A DNA stretch of 64,000 bases from positions 23,932,001 to 23,996,000 of the forward strand of contig OZ024747.1 in assembly GCA_964016885.1 (NCBI GenBank). The letters are read 5' to 3'. The notes below the pieces were generated by a model. That model had not been told where the DNA came from. It was given only the letters and a program-made list of their open reading frames with translations, and did no database searches. Made by a program: the position numbers and the translations under genes. Shown here piece after piece: positions 37,650-49,800 of the stretch. The first letter of the stretch is position 1, and each line of letters begins with the position of its first letter. This DNA comes from Eledone cirrhosa (taxonomy: Eukaryota).

Positions 37650-38196
37650 GTCAGTTACTTACTGTATAACTATTTAATTTATATTTGATATACACACACA
37701 TAAAACTATATATCTCTACTTGTTATACACTGATTCACATACTCTCACACACATCATACACGTGAATATTTATATATCATCATCATTGTCGTTATTGTTT
37801 AATGTTTATTTCTCTGCTAGCTAGTGTTGGATGGGTCTTCATAGACCAAGTCAGTACTCAAGTTGAGCTACTGAACTCTCAGATGGCCCAGGAGTCTGCA
37901 TCTCACTTACATATATTCTGGCACTCTGCTGAGTGCCCTGACATTAGGAATCAAATATAAATATATATTCTTTACTATCGAACCCTTTTCCTGTTTGCAA
38001 ATCCAAATGTTCACCAAAATAGATGACTGAATACACGTGTTTTTCTCCTTCCTCTTCTCAATATCTATCTTTCTATTTCATCTTTTATTTCTCATTCTAT
38101 CTTCTGATGAAGGACTAGTGTCTGAAACATTAAGACTCTATTTCTACTATATCAAGCATTAAACTAATATATTTCTTCATTGAACTGCATCATTTG

Positions 38197-38230
<34 letters not shown>

Positions 38231-38605
38231 TATGTGTGTGTATATGTGCATATTTATATGTGTTAGTATCTCTGTATACATGAATACCAGGGGTGGATAA
38301 AGCTTGTATGGGGCCCCTGGCTTAAGATTTAATTGGTAGGGGCTAGTGTATTATTTATGATAGCAAAAACTATAATTTGGGGCTCTATAGATATTGTTAG
38401 GTTGGTCTCTGGCGACAGCCCAGTCAGCATCTCCTCTTAATCCATTATTTGTGCATGTATATATGTATGTAATTGAATATATGTATCAGTGGTGTGTGTA
38501 TGTGTATGTGCCTAAGTATGCATGTGTGTGTGTGTGTATGTGTGTTAAACAACAGTATATATTTTGTTATAATACATACAGCATTAATGTTGTTTATCTT
38601 TTGAG

Positions 38606-38749
38606 GAGAGAACAAAGGGCGAATAATCTGTGGAGATGTTGGCCAGAATGCCTTCGAAGAGATCGATTTATTGGTAAAAGGTGCCAATTATGGCTGGAAT
38701 GGCAGAGAAGGTTACCAATGCTTTCATCCAGCAGTGTGTGGCATGGTTG
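38606..38749 (+). CDS. HHIP-like protein, exon B
   Basis: TTTTGAG| acceptor and |GTAAGT donor. [45 protein letters not shown]. Phase is compatible with exons A and C. Confidence 0.92.
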
Positions 38750-38767
38750 GTAAGTATAGACATATAT

Positions 38768-38882
38768 ATCATCATCATCATCATTTATGTCCACTTTTCC
38801 CTGTTTGCAAGGGTTGGACGGGTCCTATTCAGCACAGCATCTCTCCACTGGTCATGGTCCTTCGTCATCTCCTCCGTGAGTT
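38768..38882 (-). mobile_element. RTE 3'-end fragment (same family as 30477-32910)
   Basis: (CAT)n followed by TTTATGTCCACTTTTCCCTG..TATTCAGCACAGCATCTCTCCAC, matching 30477-30600. Confidence 0.85.
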
Positions 38883-40214
38883 TCATATATATATATATAT
38901 ATATATGAAATTAGAAATAGAAGCTTTCGCCGTATTTTTGACTAAAGAAATTTTAACCTGATAGTGGGGTTTAGAACCCTGTAAGAAATGGAAAAAGATG
39001 TGTATTGACATAAATACCGCCATGTATACTTATAATTCATAGGTGTATTTAGGAGTTATAAACACGGGCATTATATACACAAGTGTACCCTTTGTATAGG
39101 GGTTGCCTTTAAGGAAGAGCATCCAGGGATAGAAACCATGCCAAAATATGGAAGTATGAACATGTGATAGCTTTAATTATGTCTAGTTCTAGACTGTTAT
39201 AGCTTGTCCACTTTATGCCAGCATGGTTAGTGGATGAAAAATGTTGATAAGGATTATAATGATGATCTGAGATTGTTGTCAGCTCAGCATATAAGACAGT
39301 TATTTACTGGTATACTTTAATAGATCTAGTTAGCTATGACTGTTTACATTTTCTCTAGAGAAATAATTTACTTCTCTCTGCAGAGAGACATAAAATTTAT
39401 TATGTTTAGAAGTGAAGGAAATAAGCTCTGATGTTTATAACTTCTTACCCAAAAGACATTATCTACTTAAATGAAAGGAATATAGTTGTATTTTGAAAAT
39501 CAAAACTACTTTGTGAACTTGCATTGTTAAGTACACACCCACATTGTGATGCTATGGTATGCTGAATTCATAAAAATAAAATTCTTCAGAAATTCAATAC
39601 ACTTTGAAGTTATACTTGTCTGGCATGTGATTTGATCTGAAGCTATGTATTGAAACTAAAGCAATTACATCATGAAAGTATCATTTTAGCCCCAGTTGCA
39701 CATGACTAGCAAGTGATTTGATCTGAGGCCATGTTTTGAAACTAAAGGCAACCACTCTACAGAGGGTACTCATTGTGGGAGAGTCATTTCATCTATCTGA
39801 AAAAACACACAAAATCTGTTAAACTCATTTTACATTTATCATTTATTTCTTGGTGACAAAATTTTCATAGCACTTTTGCAACCTGGTCACTGGTACAAAA
39901 AAAGAAATGATAAATGTAAAGTGAATTTAACAGCGTTTGTGTGGTTTAACTTCATGGAAAAGTAATTTTAGTCATTCAAAAAATATAAAATATATTAAAT
40001 TTACTTTATAATCATTTATTTCTTGGTCTCAAAATTTTCATTGCACTATTTGTAACCTAGTCACTAATAGTTTTACTACAATACATTGTTTGTTCGTTTT
40101 TGTGTGTGCTGTTGCATCTATTACCCACTCTCTTTTCTGCTCAGTTATATTACATGTCCAAAAATATGTCTGTTTAATGTAAATATTTTTCTCTTCCTTT
40201 GTTTTTCATTGTAG

Positions 40215-40409
<195 letters not shown>

Positions 40410-40451
40410 TGATATCTACATTGTAATATCTACATGTCTTTTCTAGAGTTA

Positions 40452-40785
40452 TGGTGCATGGCTTAATGGTTAGGTTGTTTGGATCATAATCATAAGGTTC
40501 TGGGTTTCATTGCTGGACAGAGCAGCATGTTGTGTCCTTGAGCAAGACACTTTATTTCATGTTCCTGCAGTTCACTCAGCAGGAAAATTATGAGTTGTAT
40601 CCGTAAGTCAAGGGACCAGCTTTGACTCACACTGCGTCATGCTGAATCTTTCTAAGAATTATATTAAAAGTACTGTTGTCTGTGGAATGCTCAGTCACTT
40701 GCATGTTAATTTCATGAGCAGACAATTCCAGTGTTTGAACAACTAGAGCATTCATCATTAGAACTGATGGAGCTCCAGCAACAAC
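40452..40785 (+). mobile_element. tRNA-derived SINE, degenerate
   Basis: TGGCTTAATGGTTAGG head and GTGTCCTTGAGCAAGACACTTTA core. The 3' part is similar to 26000-26095. Confidence 0.55.
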
Positions 40786-40947
40786 ATATATCTTAATTCC
40801 TGGTATGTCTTATTTTACTTTTTAGTGCAGTATCTCCTTTGTGGATACACCATGGCTGAGTGGTTAAGGGTTTTTGCTTCCCAATCACTTGATCCTAGGT
40901 TCAATCCCATAGTGTGGCATCTTGAACAAGTGTCATTTAATCCAAAT

Positions 40948-41240
40948 ATGTTATTGTTGTTGTTGCTAATGTTGTTGTTGCTACTGGTGTTGACATTATT
41001 ATGTTGCTGTTGTTGTTGCTGTTGCAACGGTTTTTGTTGTTGTCTCTGTTGTCATTGTGGTTGATGTTGTTGCTGTTGTTGCTCTCATTTTTGCCGTTGC
41101 CGTTGTTGTCATTGTTGATGTAATTGTTATTGCTGCTGACATAATTTTTATTATTGTTGATGTTGTCATTGTGGTTGATGTTGTTCTTATTGTTTTTGTA
41201 GTTGTTGTTGTTGTTGCTGACATTATTGTTGTTGTTGTTA
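40948..41240. repeat. Imperfect (GTT)n trinucleotide repeat
   Basis: Direct reading. Confidence 0.9.
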
Positions 41241-41355
41241 AACCTATTAAACAACTCCTTCCCTACCAACTTACATGCCTTTCTCTTCTGTTGTTGTCAC
41301 CTTCTCTGATTCCTCCCTCATCAAACTATATATGCGCCTCTCTCTAATATTGCAG

Positions 41356-41498
41356 CCGTCTCTTCTATCTTCACCAATACAATGATTCCCAAATCTGGTT
41401 AAACAGAGAGATCCATATGTGTGGAAATGACATCTGTTTCAATGGTTTACTGGGAACTTACAGTCCACATATTCTCTCTTTTGGGGAAGATCAATATG
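41356..41498 (+). CDS. HHIP-like protein, exon D
   Basis: TTGCAG| acceptor and |GTAAGA donor. RLFYLHQYNDSQIWLNREIHMCGNDICFNGLLGTYSPHILSFGEDQY, matching the RL..W..xEICMG..C..ISFxEDExG pattern. Confidence 0.92.
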
Positions 41499-41561
41499 GT
41501 AAGATTATTTATTTTTCTTCATCTTTAATTCTAAAACTGTTGTTGTTATTGTTAATAATAT

Positions 41562-41785
41562 AAGGTGGTGGATTGGCAGTATCGGTAGAGCGTCAGACAA
41601 CATGCTTTGCAGCATAGAGTTACGCCCCTTTATGATCTGAGTTCAAATCCTGCCGAGGTTAGCTTTGCCTTTCACCCTTATGGAGTCGATAAAATAAAAC
41701 ACCAGTAATGCACTGGGGTCGATTTAATCGACTTTCCCCTCCACTTTAAATTGCTGACCTTGTGCCTAAAGCAAAAACAATTATT
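41562..41785 (+). mobile_element. tRNA-derived SINE with a conserved central domain; degenerate relatives at ~41876-41975 and ~43315-43435
   Basis: TTGGCAGTATCGGTAGAGC A box, GAGTTCAAATCC B box, central GCCTTTCACCCTTATGGAGTCGATAAAATAAAACACCAG. Confidence 0.65.
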
Positions 41786-42418
41786 GTTAATTATCAGTTC
41801 TTACTGTTACTCTCTCTCTCTCTCTATCTCAGCTATAATTAGAGAATTGGTAGCTGGTATTGGTATAGATAAGCGAGGCAGTGAATTGGCAGAGCTGTTA
41901 GAACATTGGATAGAATGCTTTTGCAGTATTTGTTCCAACTTTACCTTTCATCCTTTCAAGGTCAATAAAAAGTAGCAGTCCAATACAGCAGTTGTTTCTT
42001 CCTTTATATCTCTTTCTTATTTCGTCTCTCTCTCCAGAAGAAATAGGCTGTCTTCAGACATGGAGAGGCGATTGGCTATGCCAGAAAACACTATGACACT
42101 GTATGACCACAGCGCCCCAACTACTCCACTAAGGGTTCATACATACATACATATATACACACATACACATACATACACACACATAACACGCATACACACA
42201 CACACACATACACACGCACATACATACACACATACATACATGACTAATCCATGAAGTATCTTGCTTAAGAATACAATACTCTGTCCAGTCTGGGAATCTA
42301 ACCCTCTGCCTTCTTTCTATTATTTTTTTTCAGATATTTTTTTATATTTCTAACATTGTATACCACCACTATTTAATACAATAATGATTATATTGAATAT
42401 TATTTCTATTTCTTCCAG

Positions 42419-42500
42419 GAGAAATCTATATATTGAGCACCAATATAGCCAGTGCCACTGTACAGACTGGGAGTATTTATAAACTGATGGATCCATTCAG
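42419..42500 (+). CDS. HHIP-like protein, exon E
   Basis: TCTTCCAG| acceptor and |GTAAAG donor. GEIYILSTNIASATVQTGSIYKLMDPFR, the last propeller blade (GELY.LST....G.VYK..DP.R). Confidence 0.93.
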
Positions 42501-42644
42501 GTAAAGTCAAAACATTTTAACAGAAATACCATTTTTGTTATTTGGTTTAGCTTATATTTACCATCTCAGTTCCTAACATTGTTTCTGGAAGAATCATTTT
42601 AGCCATTCACAAAGACACAAAACTGTTAGCCTTACAGTAAACAC

Positions 42645-42811
42645 TTTATCTCAAATAATTATCTCACATAATATCGAATCTATGAGATTTTGATATTATT
42701 TATTTTGAGAACAATGCCTTAACATCAGTTTGTGTGGCTGGTTACAGCCAGTTTGAAGAGAAAGAAGTGAGAGAATTCTGGTCAGCTATAGCTGGTTTAA
42801 ATGCTAAAGGG
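42645..42811 (-). mobile_element. piggyBac-like MITE copy, inverted relative to 43051-43245
   Basis: Ends in TAAAGGG|TTAA. ATCTCACATAATATCGAATCTATGAGATTTT is the reverse complement of ~43170-43200. Confidence 0.7.
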
Positions 42812-43050
42812 TTAAGATCACAATACTAGCAGCACAGATCAATGTGGTTTAAGGTGGTACAGGATATTAAGAGCTATGCAAGATACATTGCATTATTGAT
42901 CAGTGAAGCAGTGTACCTTGCTTAAGGTCACAATACTAACTGCACAGATACATACTAACATTCAGAAGTAGAACAGTAATCAAGCAATTTAATTTGTGAA
43001 ATACAATGTGAGAACATGTTAGAGTAATATGTTGTTATTGTTCAACTTAA

Positions 43051-43245
43051 CCCTTTAATGTTCAAACCGGCCAAAACTGGCCAGAATTCTCTACCTCTTG
43101 CTGTTGAAACTGGCTGTAACTGGTCGCTCAAACTGATGTTAAGGTATTGTTCTCAAAATAAATACTTTCAAAATCTCATAGATTCGATATTATGTGAGAT
43201 AAAGCCTTTACCATGAAAATACAATAGTATATATAGAGTAAAGGG
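43051..43245 (+). mobile_element. piggyBac-like MITE
   Basis: TTAA|CCCTTTA ... TAAAGGG|TTAA: short terminal inverted repeats with a TTAA target-site duplication. Confidence 0.78.
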
Positions 43246-43800
43246 TTAATATGAACCCTGATCAAGCAGATCTAGGATCAAACAAATTCTTGTCAGGATT
43301 AGACAGTATATCTAAGGCAGTGAATTAGGAGTCATTAGAATGTTGAATAGAATGCTTTGCCATATCTGTTCTGGCTCTCTGCATTCTGAACTCAAATGTC
43401 GCTTGGCTCAACATTGATGTTATTCTTTCAAGGTTAGTAATGTATATATCTCTCTCTTGCTTTCTCTCCACTCTCTCTCTATCTATCTATTTTCTTTCTA
43501 TTTCTCTGGTAGAAATCAGTAATGTTCCAACCTAGAGAGGGTTGGGCTCTGCCAGGTTTAAATATTCAATAGACAATATGTGTCATGACAACACCCCCTA
43601 CAACTGCATCAGGAATTAAGTGCACATAGTCATATTGTATCTACTTTATCAAATGTGTCCATATTTCAAGATCTGATGGAGTTTTGGTTGTTATTTTGAA
43701 GAGGTCAATAACCATTTAGACACTTTCCCTCATATTAGTTTGAGAATCACTTTTACATGAGTATATACGATAGTCTTTGTTTTATTTGTTCTTGTTGCAG

Positions 43801-46800
43801 GCGTGGAAACCCTGAACTTTGTGAACCCCAGCTGACATACAACCAAACTGAGGTTCCTTCCATCATATCCGGTGAGTGGCTTCATAGTTCAGGGGACAAT
43901 TATGATGAGTATGGCTCAGCTGAGTGTTTAGACCCATCTGGCTTTACATGTTCATTAATTGGATTGGAGGATAATGAAGTGGAACTTTCAGAGAATCTTC
44001 ATAACAGTTCTAATAAGTTTGAGACCTTTGATGAAGCCGGAGATGACTATATCCCTGTCACTAAACTTCCATCATCAAATAGCGATATTTATGTAGAAAA
44101 AGAATTAGAGAATTTCAATAGTATAAAAGGTGGACCTACTTCAGATGTTGTTAACGGCCAGGAGAAAGAGCACACATCTTTAGTTGTTGGTGAATCACTG
44201 GAATCACCAAAACATAAATTAGCTTCTGTGAATATCACAAATTCTAATTCAACACAAAACAATAACACAAACATATCTTCAATGAATTCTAAATATGAAG
44301 GTTCTATTTTAATACCGGCAAATAACCAGGATCCTACTTCACCTTTACCCAACTACTTAGATTCAACATCACCATCTCAAAACTATCTAAACACAGCATC
44401 ACCACCTACTTACACTTCATTCACTGAGAATTACTTTGATTCTAATTCGGCCTCTGAAAGTCATTTTGATCTCAAATCAACCTCTGGGGATCATCTTGAT
44501 TCTAGTTCAGCTTCTGGAGATAATCTTGACACCAGTTCAGGCTCAGGAGATTATCTGAATTCTGGTTCAGCTGCTGGAAATCATCTTGATTCCAGTTCAG
44601 TCACTGGAGATGATCATCATACTGGTTTAGCCTCTGGAGATAACATTGACTCTGATTCAGACTCTAGAGATCATCTTGATTCTAGTTCAGTTTCTCAAGA
44701 TCATCTAGGTTTCAGTTCAGGTTCTAGAGATCATTTTGATTCTACTTCTGCCAATGAAGTTTACTCTGGCTTAACAGTAACCTCTGGAGATCACCCTCAC
44801 CAGAGCTCAATCTCTTATCCTGGCTCTCGTTCCACCTATGAAAATTATCATAGCATCACAATGATTCCACACTCAGGTTCTTCACATTCTACAAAATCTC
44901 CTACAATATATAAATCCCCCCCTATTACAATTCTACACCCAACATCTGTTATAAACAGTGACATCACAACATTCTTACCTAAATTATACTATAGTTCCAT
45001 TCATACCTCACCTACAACACCACATTCTACCCCAGATTACACAAGATACCACATTTCCACTTCTATAATACAACACTCAAGAGATAACCTGGTGTCAGGC
45101 CCTGTCACTAAAGAGGAACTTGAGTCTAGTTCTGATTCTGAGAATGATCTAGAGTCAAGTTCTGACTCAGAAGAAGACTTTGAGTCGAGAACTGGGTCTG
45201 GTGATCAACTGAAATCAAATCAAGCCAATAAAGTTTCTGGTATTTATGCAGGCACCCCTTCATTAAGGGCCAACAAACCAGGTTCTAATTCAGTTTCTGG
45301 TCATTCTAATAGGTCTATCAAACATAAATCAAATTCCCCAATTTCTAGATATGATCTTTACACCAGCTCAATTTCTAGAGATCATATTCACTCCAGATCT
45401 ACCACTGAAGATTACCTGCCCCATAGCATAGGCTCTGAACATTACGATAACACCAGAATAGTTCCACACTCAACATCTTCACATTCTACAAAATCTCAAA
45501 CAATATATAAATTCCTGTCTGTTACAACACCAGGTCCTACTCCTACAAGTACATCTTATTCAGTTAGTACAGTGCGTTCAGCATCTACTTTGAGATTTGA
45601 GGGTTCTGCTGGCTCTAGCTCTGTTTCTGAGGATAATCTGGAATCCAGCTCTCTGTCTGAGGATGATCTAGAGTCAAGCTCTGACACTGAGAATGATCTA
45701 GAATCTAGTTCTAACACAGAGGATGATATAGAATCTAGCTCCGGATCTGGAGATAAGCTGAAGTCAGAAATTACTACTAAAGATTCCACTTCCTCTAAAA
45801 GATTCTCAAAATCTCATGTTAGATCATCCGTGGATTATTCCCATTCCAGTTCTACCTCTAAAATAAATTCTGTTACTAGTTCCATATATGAAGATGTTCT
45901 TCTTTCCAGTTCTATGTCTGGTAAATACCATCTCACCAGAAGAGTTCAAAGCTCAACTGCTTCACATTCTAAGAAATCTCCTACAGTATATAAATTCCTG
46001 TCTGTTACAAGCCAACAGCCAACTTCTGTTATAAACAGTGACATCACAACAACATTCTCAACTAAACGCTACCCTGGTTCCATTCATACCTCTCTTATAA
46101 CACCTCATCCTACCCCTGTGTACACTAGACAGTTCATTACCAGTTCTGTATTTAATCACTCATTTATAAATGATACTACTGTTATGGCAAGCTCAATGAA
46201 TACTAGTAATTATGTAAACACAACTTCTAGTGTTTATATTAACAGTAAATCTACATTGAGAAATGAAGATAATGAAGAGTCAAGCTATGTCTCAGGAGAT
46301 GATGAGGTTTCTAGCTCTGATTCAAAAGATGAGCTGGAGTCCAGCTCCTCTTTGGGAGATGATTTAGAGACTAGCACATCTTCTAGAGGTGATCTTGTAT
46401 CTATACCTGACACTAGAGGAAATCTGGAATCTAGTTCTGATCCTAGACATGATATAATTTTTGGTGTTAAAACTGGAGAGGAAGAAGATATTAGAGATAA
46501 AGTTACTCAAGGTTCTATTTCTGAAAATGTAATTAACACGAGCAAGAGAAGGGTTGTAGATGTCAGTAATTCTAGATCAAACTCAAAACATAAAGCTGGC
46601 TCCAGTTCTATCTCTGGGAATTACCATAACAACAAAATAAACCCAAACTCAAATTCATCACATTCTACAAAATCTCATACAATTTATAAATTTCTTTCTG
46701 TTACAACACCAACTCCTACACCTACATCTTATTCAGTTAGAACACATAGTTCAGTATATACTTTGAGATTAAAGGGTAGTATGGGGTCCAGCTCTGATTC

Positions 46801-49800
46801 TGAGGATAATCTGGAGTCAAGCTCTGACACTGAGAATGATCTGGAATCAAACTCTGATGCAAAGGATGATCTAGAGTCTAGTTCTGACACAGAGGATGAT
46901 CTTGAGTCTAGCTCTGGGTCTGGAAACAAGCTGAAGTCAGAAATTACTACTAAAGGTTCCATTTCCTCTAAAATATTCTCCAAATCTCATGAGAGATCGT
47001 CAGTAGATTATTCCCATTCCAGTTCTACCTCTAAAATAAATTCTGTTACTGTTTCTGAGGATAATCTGGAATTAAACTCTCTGTCTGAGGATGATCTGGA
47101 GTCAAGCTCTGATAGTGAGAATGATCTGGAATCAAGCTCTGACACAGAGGATGACCTAGAGACTAGCTCTGGGTCTGGAGATAAGCTAAAGTCAGAATTT
47201 ACTACTAAAGATTCATCTTCTTTTAAAAGATTCTCAAAATCTCATGTTAGGTCATCAGGAGATTATTCCCATTCGACTTCTACCTCTAAAATAAATTCTG
47301 TTACTAGTTCCACATATGGAGATGTTCTTCTCTCCAGTTCTATGTCTGCGAAATACCATATGACCAGAAGAGTTCAAAGCTCAACTTCTTCACATCCTAC
47401 AAAATCTCCTATAATATTTAAATTCCTGTCTGTTACAAGCCAACAACCAACCTCTCTTATAAACAGTGACATCAGAACATTCTCAACTAAACTCCACCCT
47501 CGTTCCATTCATACCTCTCCTATAACATCCTATCCTACTGCAGTGTACACTAGACACCTCGTTACCTCTTCTGGCGTAACACCACACTTTTCTTTAAATC
47601 CTGTAGATTCTTTAAAATCAGGTGGAACACTTAACATTGATGATTATCCGACATTTACTACTAAATATATTACAACATCTTCTTCACGTTCCCAATATTA
47701 TACTGACTTTCATTCTACATCTGGAGATGATCTGGACTCTGATTCAGTCTCTGGTGATGATCTAGACTCCAGTTCTACATCTGGAGAAGATCCAGACTCT
47801 AATTATGGCTCTGGATATTACCCAGTCACTCGTACCCCTTCCAGTGTTTCTGTAGGTATCTCTTCCACAAGAGGGAATAAATCAAGCTCTAATCCAATAT
47901 CTGTTAATTTTATTAGATCTACCAAAAGTAATCAAATTACTTCAGTGCCTATAGTTCATAATGGCTCCAGCACAGTTTCTAGAAAACACCTTGATTCTAG
48001 CTCAATTTCTAAAGATCGTCTTCGCTCCAGCTCAGTTTCTAAAGATCATCTTGGCTCCAGCTTGGTTTCTAAAGATCGTTTTGACTCCAGCTCAGTTTCT
48101 AAAGATCGTTTTGACTCCACCTCGATTTCCAAAGATAATCTTCACTTAGTATCATCCTCTGATCATTACCCTCACCACAGCTCGGTATCTCACATTGGCT
48201 TGCATTCCATCTATGCAAATTACGATAACACCAGAATAGTTTCACACACATCTTCACATTCTACAAAATCTGAAACAATATATAAATTCTTCTCTGTTAC
48301 AACACCAGGTCCTACTCCTACTAGTACACATTATTCAGTTGGTACAACTCATTCAATATCTACTTTGAGATTTGGGGGTCATGTTGGATCTAGCTCTGTT
48401 TCTGAGGATAATCCGCAATCAAACTCTCTGTCTGAGGATGATCTGGAGTCAAGCTCTGATAGTGAGAATGATCTGGAATCAAGCTCTGACACAGAGGATG
48501 ACCTAGAGTCTAGCTCTGGGTCTGGAGATAAGCTAAAGTCAGAATTTACTACTAAAGATTCATCTTCTTTTAAAAGATTCTCAAAATCTCATGTTAGGTC
48601 ATCAGGAGATTATTCCCATTCGACTTCTACCTCTAAAATAAATTCTGTTACTAGTTCCACATATGGAGATGTTCTTCTCTCCAGTTCTATGTCTGCGAAA
48701 TACCATATGACCAGAAGAGTTCAAAGCTCAACTTCTTCACATCCTACAAAATCTCCTATAATATTTAAATTCCTGTCTGTTACAAGCCAACAACCAACCT
48801 CTCTTATAAACAGTGACATCAGAACATTCTCAACTAAACTCCACCCTCGTTCCATTCATACCTCTCCTATAACATCCTATCCTACTGCAGTGTACACTAG
48901 ACACCTCGTTACCTCTTCTGGCGTAACACCACACTTTTCTTTAAATCCTGTAGATTCTTTAAAATCAGGTGGAACACTTAACATTGATGATTATCCGACA
49001 TTTACTACTAAATATATTACAACATCTTCTTCACGTTCCCAATATTATACTGACTTTCATTCTACATCTGGAGATGATCTGGACTCTGATTCAGTCTCTG
49101 GTGATGATCTAGACTCCAGTTCTACATCTGGAGAAGATCCAGACTCTAATTATGGCTCTGGATATTACCCAGTCACTCGTACCCCTTCCAGTGTTTCTGT
49201 AGGTATCTCTTCCACAAGAGGGAATAAATCAAGCTCTAATCCAATATCTGTTAATTTTATTAGATCTACCAAAAGTAATCAAATTACTTCAGTGCCTATA
49301 GTTCATAATGGCTCCAGCACAGTTTCTAGAAAACACCTTGATTCTAGCTCAATTTCTAAAGATCATCTTCGCTCCAGCTCAGTTTCTAAAGATCATCTTG
49401 GCTCCAGCTCGGTTTCTAAAGATCGTTTTGACTCCAGCTCAGTTTCTAAAGATCGTTTTGACTCCACCTCGATTTCCAAAGATAATCTTCACTTAGTATC
49501 ATCCTCTGATCATTACCCTCACCACAGCTCGGTATCTCACATTGGCTTGCATTCCATCTATGGAAATTACGATAACACTAGAATAGTTTCACACACATCT
49601 TCACATTCTACAAAATCTGAAACAATATATAAATTCTTGTCTGTTACAACACCAGGTCCTACTCCTACTAGTACACATTATTCAGTTGGTACAACTCATT
49701 CAATATCTACTTTGAGATTTGGGGGTCATGTTGGATCTAGCTCTGTTTCTGAGGATAATCCGCAATCAAACTCTCTGTCTGAGGATGATCTGGAGTCAAG

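Noticed and set aside
43757-43800. ATG at 43757 as the start of a stand-alone 6557-aa protein
   Set aside because: These 44 bp contain a polypyrimidine tract and the TTGCAG acceptor. HHIPL homology resumes exactly at 43801, and there is no signal peptide.
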